Positions 22,791 to 35,662 of a DNA stretch of 64,000 bases are shown piece by piece; position 1 is the stretch's first letter; each line of letters begins with the position of its first letter. Source of the DNA: Mustelus asterias (taxonomy: Eukaryota); the NCBI RefSeq assembly GCF_964213995.1, contig NW_027590205.1:310001-374000 (forward strand), in the 5' to 3' direction. A program made the translations under genes and the position numbers. The notes beneath the pieces are model-generated. The model was not told the origin of the DNA and ran no database searches. It saw only the letters and a program-made list of their open reading frames with translations.

Positions 22791-24747
22791 ACAGCACAGC
22801 CGCATATTGGAAACAGGTGCCCACACGGTAACCTGCAAAGACTGACACATATAAAGATCGTATAATCATAGAACCCCTACAGTAGAGAAGGAGTCCATTC
22901 GGCCCAGCGAGTCTGTCCCGACCACAATTCCACCGAGGCCCTATTCCCATAACCACACACGTAATCTCCATGACACGAGGGGTCAATTTAACATGGCCAA
23001 TCCACCTAACCCGCACATTTTTGGGCTGGTGGAGGAAACCACATCACCCGAGGAAACCCAGCAGACATGCGGAGAACAGATACACACATGGTCACGTGGA
23101 AACACCAACACGAATAAGGATATATAACCATATAGATACATGCCCAGACAGTGACATCAATTCTAACGTCCCTCGTTATAAATCCAGAATTATTCTGCAG
23201 ATTTCTGACACCGACTAGTTTGCATTGCTAACCATGATAATGCATGAATACCTCCACCTCTGTGTTCACTGGAAGCCTCGGATACTGCACAGAATCAACA
23301 CAGAGACAAGTAAACTAAGTGATAGATTCCCAAACCGATCGCTCAAACATAGAGTCATAGAGTCATACAGGTTCACAGAATGGAAACAGGCCCTTCGGCC
23401 CAACTTGTCCATGCCGCCCTTTTTTAAAACCCCTAAGCTAATCCCAATTGCCCGCAGTTGGCCCATATCCCTCTATACCCATCGTACCCATGTAACTATC
23501 TAAATGCTTTTTAAAAGATAAAATTGTACCCGCCTCGACTACTACCTCTGGCAGCTTGTTCCACTCGACACACGGACAATCGCTAAGAAAGATAACCAAG
23601 CAGATTAGCACAGCCATTGACATACAAAATAAAAATGAACTCATTGGGAACGTAAAAAGCGTGCTAGCTCCAGAGTAAACTTCCTGAACTGGAATTCCCT
23701 GGTGTGGTGTAAGTGCGGCAATATCGTGTTAGATACTCATTGCGATGGAACACGACATTTTAACAACAGAAGCAGCCAGAAATCTATTTCTCATCAATTA
23801 TGATCATTGATTGAAGACTCGACGTGGACCCTTTTGCAGGATAAGCAGTAATGGATGTAATTATTTGTACCGCCAAACATTCTTGATGTGTCCGTGTCCA
23901 AAATGTATTTACTGGTGTCACAATGAGGCTTACATTAATACTGCAAGTTACTGTGAAAATCCCCTCGTCGCCACATTCCGCCGCCTGTTTGTGTACACTA
24001 AGGAGGAAGTTGAATTGAACCCAGGTCCCTAGCGTTGCGAAACAGCAGTGCTAACCACCGTGCCACTATGTTGCCCTATGTGAAGTCCGTGTGAGTAAGA
24101 CAGATTCCCCATCCATTCTCGAGGTTCTCCGATCGGATGTTCGGGACACAGGAGGACAGCACAAGAAGACGGCTTCAGGTGTAGGTGATTCATTCTCGTC
24201 TGTTATATTCCACACTCTGTGAAAGGTTGTGGTGTAAATGTTATATTAGATATAATTCAGAAATAATGAGGAGATGCTTCATCAGATTTAAACTCGTTTT
24301 GTAAAATCGATATGAATTCAATTACATAATTGAGTATATGTTTACATTGAAAACTATATCGGGAAGCTAAATCCAGTACATCCTGCATTGGGTAAGGGAA
24401 AGGTTGTTAAAGGAAATTGTACATGGATTCCGCAGAAATGAGGATTTTTCAATGACTGAAAAGGGAGAAAAATCAGCTTCATGGAATGAGAGAAGGAAAT
24501 TGAAATTGGAAAAAAACACAGTTCAGCACAGGAACAGGCCCTTGGACCCACCAATCCCGCAACGACATATTAATTGTTTAGCTCCTCATAAAATAATTCG
24601 CATAGATCTGATAGATCGATGGGCCTCTCATCGTTCTGTGCGATTGTCAACCATTTTCAATCATTCTTAGATTAATGTGTCTACAGCATTCCCAATGAAT
24701 CTTGCAACATTTCAAGGCTGTCCCATTTGGCTACGGAGCAGCCAACA

Positions 24748-24820
24748 GTTTCCGTGGTGTAGTGCTGATTGCATTTGCCTCACGCACGCAAGGGCCCACG
24801 TTCGAAATCGAGCAGAATCA
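24748..24820 (+). tRNA. tRNA-Val(CAC) pseudogene
   Basis: gtttccgtggtgtagtg...cctcac...gttcgaaatc, a diverged vertebrate tRNA-Val. Confidence 0.75.
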
Positions 24821-25252
24821 TTAATGAAATGTGTTCATTAATGTTGAGGGAAGTCTGTATAATTTCAGACTGTCGCTGAACATTATCCTAAACTCGATGT
24901 TACAGCCATGTTATATTTGAGCTCACCTCGGCCTCAAAAGTTTTCAGCAAAATCAGAAATCGTGTATTTTCATGACGCAATGAGAGGAAATAGATGTTCC
25001 CATTTTACAACCGTGCACATGTTAGCAATATTTTCAGTCCACACCAGAATTTAATCGGTTTACAGATGCAGACTAATAGACTTAGTCACAAATTGAAACA
25101 TGTGTAATAGTATCGTGTGCTCAAAAATACAGACACAAGTGATACTGTAACTGAACTAGAGAAAATAGAGCACATTTCGCCGAAGCATCTTTTTTAAATT
25201 GTTCTTCACAAAACCTCTCAGACAGAAGAGGAAATCGAGAATCAAAGCGGAA

Positions 25253-26191
25253 ATATGTGCCAGGTGCGTGGAACTGCAGCTCTTGAGAGACCGTGTTAGG
25301 GAACTGGAGCTGCAGATCGCTGACCTTAGCCTAATCAGGGAAAATGGGAGAAAAATTGACAGCAGTTATAGGCAACTAGTTACACCGGGGCATCGGGAGA
25401 ATGACACGTGGGTCACAGTTAGGAGGAGTAAAGGGCAGAAGGGTAAAGTACAAGGGAGGTCTCCAGAGGTGTCTCAAAATAGGAAGGGCTTGGTGACAGG
25501 TGTGAGAGGGGAGGGGAGTGGACAGTTAGAAGAAGGGTCACCTGTGGTTGTCCCACTCCAAAACAGGTACATTGTTTTAGATAGTGTGGAGGAGTGTGCC
25601 TCTCCAGGGGTAAGACACAGTGACCAGGTCACTGGCACACAGTCAGGCTCTGTGGCCCGGAAAGGGAAGAGAGGGGTTAGGAGAGTGATAGTGGTGGGGG
25701 ATGCGTCAGTTAGAGGGACAGACAGGCGATTCTGTGGGGGCGAACGGGACTCCAGGATGGTAGTCTGCCTACCTGGTGCTGGGGTCACGGATGTCTCCGA
25801 GCGGATAGGAGGCATTTTAAAAGGGGAAGATAAAGAAACGGATGTCATTATACACATTGGTGGAAATGACGTAGATAGGAAGAGTAGGGGGGTCCTAAGG
25901 GAGCAATTCAGGGAGTTGGGAAATAGGTTAAAAAGTAGGGTCACTAGGGTGGCCATCTCTGGGCTGCTCCCAATGCCTCGTGCCAGTGAGGATAAGAATA
26001 GGGAGTTGGTTCAAATGAATGCCTGGCTAAAGGACTGGTCCAGGAGGGAGGGCTTTATTTTCATAGACCAATGGGAGGTTTTCAGGAGAGGATGGCACCT
26101 GTACAAGAGGGAGGGGTCACAACTAAGTTGGAAGGGCACAAATATCCTGGCTGGGAGCTTTGCTAATGCAGTTCGGGGGGGTTTAAACTAG
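25253..26191 (+). CDS. CR1 ORF1 (partial): Cys/leucine-zipper region plus SGNH esterase-like domain
   Basis: ICARCVELQLLRDRVRELELQI; VIVVGDASVR, CLPGA and HIGGND motifs. The first codons of the listed ORF are flanking host DNA. Confidence 0.85.
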   Translation: MCARCVELQLLRDRVRELELQIADLSLIRENGRKIDSSYRQLVTPGHRENDTWVTVRRSKGQKGKVQGRSPEVSQNRKGLVTGVRGEGSGQLEEGSPVVVPLQNRYIVLDSVEECASPGVRHSDQVTGTQSGSVARKGKRGVRRVIVVGDASVRGTDRRFCGGERDSRMVVCLPGAGVTDVSERIGGILKGEDKETDVIIHIGGNDVDRKSRGVLREQFRELGNRLKSRVTRVAISGLLPMPRASEDKNRELVQMNAWLKDWSRREGFIFIDQWEVFRRGWHLYKREGSQLSWKGTNILAGSFANAVRGGLN

Positions 26192-29115
26192 TGTGGCAGG
26201 GGGGTGGGGATCAAACTATTAGGTCTATAAGTGTGGTGGCTGGGGACGAGCTTGGGGCTGGGACAAGGCTGGCAAAGAAGAAGAGCACTCTGGGGGAGGA
26301 CGACCTCACTGAGCCTGGGGGTCTGGAGTGCTTATACTTCAATGCAAGGAGCGTAGCAGGTAAAACAGACGAACTTGGGGCCTTAATGCGCACGAGGAAT
26401 TTGGATGTGGTTGCGGTGACGGAGACTTGGTTGAAAGAGGGACAGGACTGGCAGCTGAATATTCCAGGGTACAAGTGTTTTAGGCGAGACAGAGGAGGGG
26501 CCAAAAGAGGTGGGGGAGTAGCGGTATTGGTTGGAGAGCATATTACAGCGGTGCAGAGGGAGGACAATTCGGAGGAGTCGTGTAGCGAGTCACTCTGGGT
26601 GGAGCTTAGAAACAGGAAAGGCGCAGTCACTATGTTGGGGGTGTACTACAGGCCCCCCAACAGCCCAAGGGAAGTGGAAGAATGGATATGTCAGGAGATA
26701 CTGGATAGGTGCAGGAAATATAGGGTTGTTGTAGTGGGAGACTTCAATTTCCCTGGTATAGACTGGAAATCGCTGAGGGCAGGGACTCTGGATGGTGAGG
26801 CATTGGTAAAATGTGTACAGGAGGGTTCGTTGGAACAATATGTGGACAGCCCAACTAGAGAGGGGGCTATACTGGACCTGGTGCTGGGGAATGAGCCCGG
26901 TCAGGTCTTCAAAGTTTTGGTCGGGGAACATGTGGCAAATAGTGACCACAATTCTGTTAGCTTTAGGATAGTGATGGAAAAGGATGAGTGGTGTCCCAAG
27001 GGTAAGGTGTTGGATTGGGGGAAGGCTAACTTTATTGGGATCAGGCAGAAATTGGCAGCTCTTGATTGGGAGAGGCTGTTTGAGGGTAAATCCACATCTG
27101 GTATGTGGCAGTCTTTTAAGGAACGGTTGTTAGGGCTACAGGACAAGCATGTGCCTGTAAAAAAGAAGGATAGGAAGGGTAGGATTAGAGAACCGTGGAT
27201 AACCAGGGAAATTGAGGGACTGGTCAAAAGGAAAAGAGAGGCGTATGTTAGGTCCAAGCAGCTAAAAACGGAGGGAGCTCTGGAGGAGTATAATGAAAGG
27301 AGGAAAATACTCAAACGGGGAATTAGAAGAGCAAAAAGGGGTCACGAAATGTTCTTGGCAGACAGGATTAAGGAGAATCCCAAGGCATTTTATTCATACG
27401 TTAGGAACAAAAGGGTTGTAAGGGAAAAAATCGGACCTCTCAGGGACAAAAGTGGGGACTTATGCTTGGAGCCCAAAGAGGTAGGGGAGATCCTAAATGA
27501 ATACTTTGCGTCGGTATTCACTAAGGAGAGGGATGTGTTGACTGGGAGTGTCTCGGAGGGGAGTGTTGAACCGTTGGAGAAAATCTCCATTACAAAGGAG
27601 GAAGTGTTAGGTTTGTTAGAGAATATAAAGACTGACAAATCCCCAGGGCCTGATGGAATCTATCCAAGGCTGCTCAGGGAGACGAGAGGTGAAATAGTTG
27701 GGCCTCTGACGCAAATCTTTGTCTCGTCACTGGACACAGGTGAGGTCCCAGAGGATTGGAGGATAGCCAATGTGGTCCCGTTATTTAAGAAGGGTAGGAA
27801 GGATAACCCGGGTAATTATAGGCCGGTGAGCTTGACGTCCGTGTTGGGGAAGTTGTTGGAGAAGATTCTTAAAGATAGGATGTATGCGCATTTAGAAAGG
27901 AATAAACTCATTAACGATAGTCAACATGGTTTTGTGAGAGGGAGGTCATGCCTCACGAACCTGGTGGTGTTTTTTGAAGAAGTGACCAAAATGGTTGACG
28001 AAGGAAGGGCCGTGGATGTTGTCTATATGGACTTTAGTAAAGCGTTTGACAAAGTCCCTCATGGTAGGCTAGTGAAAAAGGTTGGATCCCATGGGATAAA
28101 GGGGGAGGTGGCTAGATGGGTGGAGAACTGGCTTGGTCATAGAAGACAGAGGGTGGTAGTGGAAGGGTCTTTTTCCGGCTGGAGGCCTGTGACTAGTGGT
28201 GTACCGCAGGGCTCTGTATTGGGACCTCTGCTGTTTGTGATTTATATAAATGATCTGGAAGAAGGAGTAACTGGGGTGATCAGTAAGTTTGCGGACGACA
28301 CAAAACTGGCAGGACTTGCAGATAGTGAGGAACATTGTCAGAGGCTACAGAAGGATATAGATAGGCTGGAAATTTGGGCAAGGAAATGGCAGATGGAGTT
28401 CAATCCTGATAAATGCGAAGTGATGCATTTTGGTGGGAATAATGTAGGGAGGAGCTACACGATAAATGGAAGAACCATAAAGGGTGTAGAGATGCAGAGG
28501 GACCTGGGTGTGCAAGTCCACAGATCTTTGAAGGTGACGTCACAGGTGGAGAAGGTGGTGAAGAAGGCATATGGCATGCTTGCCTTTATAGGACGGGGCA
28601 TAGAGTATAAAAGTTGGGGTCTGATGTTGCAGATGTATAGAACGTTGGTTCGGCCGCATTTGGAATACTGCGTCCAGTTCTGGTCGCCACACTACCAGAA
28701 GGACGTGGAGGCTTTGGAGAGAGTGCAGAGGAGGTTTACCAGGATGTTGCCTGGTATGGAGGGGCTTGGTTATGAGGAGAGATTGGGGAAACTGGGGTTG
28801 TTCTCCTTGGAAAGACGGAGGATGAGGGGAGACTTAATAGAGGTGTATAAAATTATGAAAGGCATAGATAGGGTGAACGGTGGGAAGCTTTTCCCCGGGT
28901 CGGTGGTGACGTTCACGAGGGGTCATAGGTTCAAGGTGAAGGGGGGGAGGTTTAACACAGATATCAGAAGGACATATTTCACACAGAGGGTCGTGGGGGC
29001 CTGGAATGTGTTGCCGGGCAAGGTGGTGGAGGCGGACACACTGGGAACGTTTAAGACTTATCTAGACAGCTATATGAACGGAGTGGGAATGGAGGGATAC
29101 AAAAGAGTGATCTAG
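26191..29115 (+). CDS. CR1 ORF2: APE endonuclease plus reverse transcriptase, uninterrupted 974 aa
   Basis: YFNARS, VTETW, GDFN and SDHN (APE); [19 protein letters not shown] and FADD (RT). Confidence 0.95.
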   Translation: MWQGGGDQTIRSISVVAGDELGAGTRLAKKKSTLGEDDLTEPGGLECLYFNARSVAGKTDELGALMRTRNLDVVAVTETWLKEGQDWQLNIPGYKCFRRDRGGAKRGGGVAVLVGEHITAVQREDNSEESCSESLWVELRNRKGAVTMLGVYYRPPNSPREVEEWICQEILDRCRKYRVVVVGDFNFPGIDWKSLRAGTLDGEALVKCVQEGSLEQYVDSPTREGAILDLVLGNEPGQVFKVLVGEHVANSDHNSVSFRIVMEKDEWCPKGKVLDWGKANFIGIRQKLAALDWERLFEGKSTSGMWQSFKERLLGLQDKHVPVKKKDRKGRIREPWITREIEGLVKRKREAYVRSKQLKTEGALEEYNERRKILKRGIRRAKRGHEMFLADRIKENPKAFYSYVRNKRVVREKIGPLRDKSGDLCLEPKEVGEILNEYFASVFTKERDVLTGSVSEGSVEPLEKISITKEEVLGLLENIKTDKSPGPDGIYPRLLRETRGEIVGPLTQIFVSSLDTGEVPEDWRIANVVPLFKKGRKDNPGNYRPVSLTSVLGKLLEKILKDRMYAHLERNKLINDSQHGFVRGRSCLTNLVVFFEEVTKMVDEGRAVDVVYMDFSKAFDKVPHGRLVKKVGSHGIKGEVARWVENWLGHRRQRVVVEGSFSGWRPVTSGVPQGSVLGPLLFVIYINDLEEGVTGVISKFADDTKLAGLADSEEHCQRLQKDIDRLEIWARKWQMEFNPDKCEVMHFGGNNVGRSYTINGRTIKGVEMQRDLGVQVHRSLKVTSQVEKVVKKAYGMLAFIGRGIEYKSWGLMLQMYRTLVRPHLEYCVQFWSPHYQKDVEALERVQRRFTRMLPGMEGLGYEERLGKLGLFSLERRRMRGDLIEVYKIMKGIDRVNGGKLFPGSVVTFTRGHRFKVKGGRFNTDIRRTYFTQRVVGAWNVLPGKVVEADTLGTFKTYLDSYMNGVGMEGYKRVI

Positions 29116-30751
29116 TTTGGACCAGGGAGCGGCGCGGGCTAATTGTTCCTGGTTTCTCGTTTCAAGGCTTCATTCTACGATCATCTTGCTGGTGCCAGTA
29201 CAGAGTGAGACTGCGGATAGTTGGGAACCTGTCTCGGGGGCAGGGGATTCATATGGTGTTCGTGGAAGTGGAAATGACTAGGGTTGGGAAGCATTTTCCG
29301 ATCGGGGCCATTGTGATCTCCTGGACTCGTTTCGATCGCCTCAGGGGGTCGGAGAGGAATTTCCCAGATTTTTTTTTCCCCATATTGGCCCTGGGGTTTT
29401 TCACTCTGGGTTTTCGCCTCTCCCTGGAGATCACATGGTCTGGAATGGGGGGGTGGGGGTAAGTTAATAGGTTGTAATGAACAAAGCATCGTAGCTGTGA
29501 GGGACAGCTCGGTGGATAGGATATTGGTATGTAGATAGGCTGGAAAATTGGGCGGGGATCCTGGATTCAGGATTCAATCCTGGACCGGGGAGCGGCGCGG
29601 GCTTGGAGGGCCGAAGGGCCTGTTCCTGTGCTGTATTGTTCTTTGTTCTTTGTTCTGAATCTCCTATCGATGAACGAGATTTAGGCACCAGAATGTTTCA
29701 CACACAGAATAAAGAGGGATCAAGTATAACCAACAGATCATTCTTGAATCTCTTCCCTTTAAAGATATTTGATTTGGTTTCAAAGCTGATCATGTTCAAA
29801 CTCAGAAAAACACCATTGGATGTTTATTACCCGTGACTGGATTTAGGATGTTTATTGCCCGTGACTGGATTTATTTTGTTGGTCAGTAATTTTTGCAATT
29901 CAATGTTGTATATTTCAGACATATTCAATTCGCAATGAGGACATCTGTGTGCAATAAATGGATTGATATTAAATGTTGTTTACCGAACAAATACTGGATA
30001 TAACTTCTTGAAGTTAATCGATCGTATATGAGAATGATGCATCAATGATTGAGCAGAAATCGTTGCTCCCTTTGACATTTGTCCGAAAAACGCTTTTAAA
30101 TTTTGGAATTCGAGACAAGTTGAGACATCACGTTGAAAGTAGCGGTTGTCTTCTTGCACTGAGGTAAATGGACTCTCAGTATAACCATTCGAACCTGCAG
30201 CAATAGAGCGGAGTTGAACAATGCAGTCAGACCGATTGTATATTCCAGAGATATGAAATTCAGAATTTGGACATATATATTAAATAACTGTATTGATTTT
30301 AAAAATTGAATGAAGATCCAAGGTGGATTGGGCATGCTAAATTGCCCCTCGGTTAGATAGATTAGTCATGGGAAAGGAGTAGCGTTGTGGGGAAAGCAGG
30401 GGAAATGGCCTGGTTTTGATACTCTGGCGTCGCTGCTGATTCGTTGGGCCGATTGGCCGTTTCGGCACTGATTCTATGATTCCATGAAACAGATACTGAG
30501 TATAATTGGTTGAAATTATTCGCAGGAAGATAAGAATGACGCATTAATGATTGAGCACAAACCAGTGCTTCCTTAGATATTTGCCGGACGAACTCTTCTT
30601 CATTTTGAAGAACAAGATAAGTTGCGATATCAGGTTGAAAGTCAGGGATGTGCCGTTGTATTAAGTGACATGGGCCCTCAATCATACCATTCAAACCTGC
30701 AGCAACATAGTGGAGTTAAACATTGCAGTCAGGCCCATTGAGGCCCCAATG

Positions 30752-30824
30752 CTAGCTGCAGTGGAGGGGTTATCCCGTTCTCCTAAAACACGAAAAGTCC
30801 CCGGTCCGAAACAGGGAAACAGCA
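30752..30824 (+). tRNA. tRNA-Val pseudogene (heavily mutated)
   Basis: ggttatcccgttctcctaaaacacgaaaagtccccggtccgaaac aligns to tRNA-Val(AAC). Confidence 0.65.
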
Positions 30825-31983
30825 TTCGTTAAGCTTGCTCATGTAAGATGAGGGGAATCCTGTATGATTTCAGTTCGTTGCTGAACATTATCCGAATCTC
30901 GATATTACAGCAATATTAACTTTGCTCTGACCTCAACCTCAAATGGTTTCTGTGAATAAGAAATGCTGATTTTTTTTTGACGCACTGACAGGAAAGAAAC
31001 GTCTCTACTTTGACAACGTGCACATAGTATCATCTTGTTCAGTGGACAACAGAATTAATGGGTTCACAGGGGCAAACTAAAATGGCGAATCACCATCTGA
31101 AACATGTCTAATGGGAGTGTGTGCTCAAAAAGACAGACACAAGTGATACTCAAAGTGAACTAGGGGAAATGGCGCACAATTCCCGAAAGAATCTTTTTTT
31201 TTTAAATCTTGCTTCATCACATGGAAATCGGAAAAGAAAATACTCAGATGGATGAGGAAATGGAGACTCAGTGCGGATCAACTAATCTTTCCTATAGATG
31301 GCTGGAATTTATGCGCCTGAATGTTTCACACTTATAATAAAAAAGGCTCAAGTATACCTAACAGATAATTCTTCAATCTCTTCCATTTAATTATAGTTGA
31401 CTTTGTTTAAAAGCTGACGATGGCCAATCTCAAGCAAACACCATGGGATCTGTATTACCCGGTGACTCGACTCTTTTCGTTGGCCAGTTATGTTTGCAAT
31501 TCAGTGATATTCAAGTTCAGAGATATTCAATTCATACTGAAGACATATGTGTTAAATCATGTATTGATACTAAATATTGAAACAAATACTGAGTACAATT
31601 GTACAATGAGCTTTGACAAAGTGTCATCTGGACTTGAAACGTCAGCTCCTTTCTCTCCTTACATATGCTGCCAGACCATGTGAGATTTTCCAGCATTTTC
31701 TCCTTTGGTTTCAGAATCCATCATCCGCAGTAATTTGCTTTTATTAATGAGCACAAGTGGTTGAGATTATTCGAAGGAAGATGAATATGATGCATTAGTG
31801 AATGAGCAGAAATCATTGATCCCTTAGATATTTGCCAGGCGATCGCTTTCAAATTTTGAAGTTCAAGATAAGTTGAGCAATCACATTGAAAGTAACGGTT
31901 ATCTTCCTGAAACAAGTGACATGGGCTCTCAGTCTAATCATTTGAAACTGCAGCAATACAGCGCAGTTGAAAATTGCAGAGAG

Positions 31984-32018
31984 GCGAAAGGTTCCGGGTT
32001 CAAAACCTGGCAGAAACA
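31984..32018 (+). tRNA. tRNA-Val 3' half remnant
   Basis: gcgaaaggttccgggttcaaaacctggcagaaaca at the expected array position. Confidence 0.6.
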
Positions 32019-32067
32019 TTTATTGAGCTTCCTAATTTAGATTGAGGAAAATCTGTACGATTTCAGT

Positions 32068-32840
32068 ACAAAGAACAAAGAACATTACAGCACAGGAACA
32101 GGCCCTTCGGCCCTCCAACCCTGCACCGACCATGCTGCCCGAATTAACTAAAACCCCGACCCTTCCGGGGACCATATCCCTCTGTTCCCATTCCTATTCA
32201 TGTACTTGTCAAGACGCCCCTTAAAAGTCACGACCGTATTCGCTTCCACTACTTCCCCTGGCAACAAGTCCCAGACACCCACGAAACCCTGTGTAAAAAA
32301 TCTGCCTCGTACATCTCCTTTAAACCTTGCCCCTCGCAACTTAAACCTATGTCCCCTAGTAATTGACTCTTCCACCCTAGGAAAAAAGCTTCTGACTATC
32401 CATTCTGTCCATGCCTCTCATAATCTTGTAGACTTCTATCAGGTCGCCCCTCAACCTCCGTCGCTCTAGTGAGAACAAACCAAGTTTCTGCAATCTCTCC
32501 TCGTAGCTAATCCTCTCCATACCACGCAACATCCTGGTAAATCTTTTATGTACCCTCTCCAAAGCTCCACATCCTTCTGGTTGTGTGGCAACCAGAATTC
32601 AACACGATATTCCAAGTGCGGCCTAAATAAGGTTCAATAAAGCTGCAACATGACTTGCCAATTTTTAAACTCAATGCCCCGGCCGATGAAGGCAAGCATG
32701 CCGTATGCCTTCTTGACTACCTTCTCCACCAGCATTGCCACTTTCAGTGACCTGTGTACTTGTACACCCAGATCCCTTTGCCTATCAATACTCTTAAGGG
32801 TGCTGCCATTTACTGTATATTTCCTATCTGTATTAGACCT
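32068..32840 (-). mobile_element. 5'-truncated CR1 LINE inserted in the tRNA array
   Basis: Minus-strand RT C-terminal ORFs; AAGAACA tail on the plus strand. Confidence 0.9.
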
Positions 32841-33959
32841 TCGTTGCTGAACGTTATCCGAATCTTGATATTGCAGCCATATGATCTTTGCTCTGACCTC
32901 GGCCTCAAATGCTTTCTGTAAAATAAGAATGTTGATAGCTTTGTGACGAAATGACAGGAAAGAAACATTTCGATTTTGACACTGTGCACATATTCGCATC
33001 ACGTTCAGTCTACAACAGAATTTAATGAGTTTATGGGTGCAGATTAACGTAGCTAATCACCATCTGGAACTGTTCGAATTGTAGTATGTGCTCCAGGGGA
33101 CTAACACAAGTGATACTGCAAGCGAACTATCGGAAATGGCGCACATTTCCCAGAAGAATCTTTTTCATTAATCGTTCTTCAAAACAAAGAAATAGGAAAA
33201 AAAAACACTCAGACAGATGAGGAAATCGAGACTTAGTGCGGATCTACTGGACTTTCATTTAAGTGGCCGGAATTTATGTGCCTTCATATTTCACGCCCAT
33301 AATAAAAAAGACACAAGTGTCAATAGCAGATAATTCTTCAATCTCGTCTATTTAAATGTAGTTCACTTTGTTTAAATGTAGTTCGCTATGGTCAATCTCA
33401 TAATTGTGATCTGTATTCCCCGGTGACTCGATTCATGTTGGTCAGTTATATTTGCAATTCTATTGTATTGAATTTCAGAGATATACAATTCATAATGAAG
33501 ACATATGTGTTAAATAATGCATTCAGACTAAATACTGAAACAAATACTGAGTACAATTGTACAATGAACTTTGTTAAAGTGTCACCTGGATTCGAAACAT
33601 CAGCTCATTTCTCTCCTTACAGGTGCTGGCTGACGTTTTGTGATTTACCAGCATTTTTTCGTTTGGTTTCCGATTCCAGTTTCCGCGGGAATTTGCTTTT
33701 ATCGCTGAGTAAAATTGGTTGAGATTAGTCGAAGGAAGATGAGAATGATGCATTAATGAATGGCCAGAAATCATTGTTCCCTTAGATATTTGCCAGAAGA
33801 ACGCTTTTAACTTTTGAAGTTCAAGATAAGTTGAGCAATCAGATTGAAAGCAACGGTTATCTTTCTGAATTAAGTGACATGTGCTCTCAGTCTAACCATT
33901 GGAACCTGCAGCAGTTGAACATTGCGGACAGGCCGATTTGCTGCAGCTTGCGTCCAGCT

Positions 33960-34032
33960 GTTTCTGTAGTGCAGTGGTTATTATGTTCGTCTGACACGCG
34001 GAAGGATCCTGGTTCCAAACGAAGCAGAAACA
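33960..34032 (+). tRNA. tRNA-Val pseudogene
   Basis: gtttctgtagtgcagtggtta...gacacgcg...gcagaaaca. Confidence 0.72.
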
Positions 34033-35210
34033 TTCATTAAGATTTCTCATGTCGGGTGAAGGAAAATTGCATGATTTCAGTTCGTTCCTCAACATTATCT
34101 GAACCTCGATATTACAGGCATATTATCGTTGCTCTGACATCGGCCTCTAATGTTTTCTGTAAAATAAGAAATGCTGATTTTGTTTTGATGCACTGACAGG
34201 AAAGAAACGTTTCGATTTTGACACTGTGCACATATTAGCATCTCGTTCAGTCTACAACAGAATTTAATGGGTTTACAGGTGCAGACTGACATGGCTAATC
34301 ACCGTCTGAAATATATCTAATGGCAGTATGTGCTCCAGAAGACTGACACAAGTGATATTGTAAGTGATCTATCGGAAATGGCGGTAATTTCCCAGAAGAT
34401 TCCATTTTAAAATCGTTGTTCACAACAAAGAAATAGAAAAAAAAAAACACTCAGACAGATGAGGGAATCGGGACTCAGTGCAGATCTTCTGGACTTTCCT
34501 ATAAATGGTCGGAATTTATGCGCCTGAATATTTCACCCCCTAGATAAAAAAAAGGCCCAAGTGTCACGAAAAGTTCATTTTTGAATCACTTCCAATTAAA
34601 CGTAGTTGACTTTGTTTAAAAGCTGGCTATGATCAATCTCAAAATTGCGATCTGTATTACCCGGTGATTCGATTCGTTCTGTTAGTCAGTTATGTTTGCA
34701 ATTCTGTGACATTCAATTCCAGAGATATTCAATTAATAATGAAGACATATGTGTTAAATAATGCATTGATACTAAATATTGAAACAAATACTGAGTGCAA
34801 TTGCTCAATTAGCTTTGACACAGTGCCATCTGGACTCGAATCGTCAGCAATTCTCTCTCCTTACAGATGCTGAGATATTGCGAGATTTTCCAGCATTTTC
34901 TCTTTTGGTTTCCGATTCCAGCATCCGCAGTAATTACTTTTATTAATGAGTACAATTGTTTGAGATTATTCGAAGGAAGATGAGAATGATGCATTAATGA
35001 ATGGGCAGAAATCATTGCTCCCTCAGATATTTGCCAGACGAAAGCTTTTAAATTTTGATGTTCAAGATAAGTTGTGAAATCAGGTTGAAAGTACCAGTTT
35101 TCTTCTTAAATTCAGTGACATGGGCTCTCAGTCTAACCATTGGAACCTGCAGCAGCGCAGCGCAGTTGGACATTGCAGACATGCCGATTAGCTAAAATAT
35201 GCTGTCAGCT

Positions 35211-35283
35211 GTTCATGTAATGTCATGGTTATCACGTTCGCCTCACACTCGAAAGATTCCCGTATCAAAACCCGACAGAAACA
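35211..35283 (+). tRNA. tRNA-Val(CAC) pseudogene
   Basis: tggttatcacgttcgcctcacac...gaaag...cagaaaca. Confidence 0.75.
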
Positions 35284-35324
35284 CTTTGGGACCTTTCTTA
35301 TTAATGGCGCGCGAAGCCTGCATA

Positions 35325-35662
35325 GTTTAACTTCCGAGAATCACATACTGAAGAATGAGGCAATTCGGCCCATCGAAGCTGCACCGAACACAATCCCACC
35401 CAGGCCCTATCCCCATTACCCCATGTATTTACCTGGCTCGTCCCCCTGACACTAAGGGGCAATTTTGCATGGCCAACCCGCCTCACCCGCAACTCTCTGG
35501 ACTGTAGGAGGAAACCAGAGGACCCGGGGAACCCCACACAGACACGGGGAGAACGTGCAAACTCAACACAGACAGTGACCCAAGCCAGGAATCGAACCCA
35601 GGTCTCTGTGAGACCGCAGTACTAACCACTGTGATGCTGTGCCGCCCCCACTGTGCAACCAT
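35325..35662 (-). mobile_element. HE1-type SINE
   Basis: Same family core. Confidence 0.82.

Larger units (their letters stand above)
25253..29655 (+). mobile_element. Near-full-length CR1-clade LINE (5'-truncated in ORF1)
   Basis: ORF1 plus ORF2 plus 3' UTR ending in (TTGTTCT)n; it interrupts a tRNA-Val repeat unit. Confidence 0.95.
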
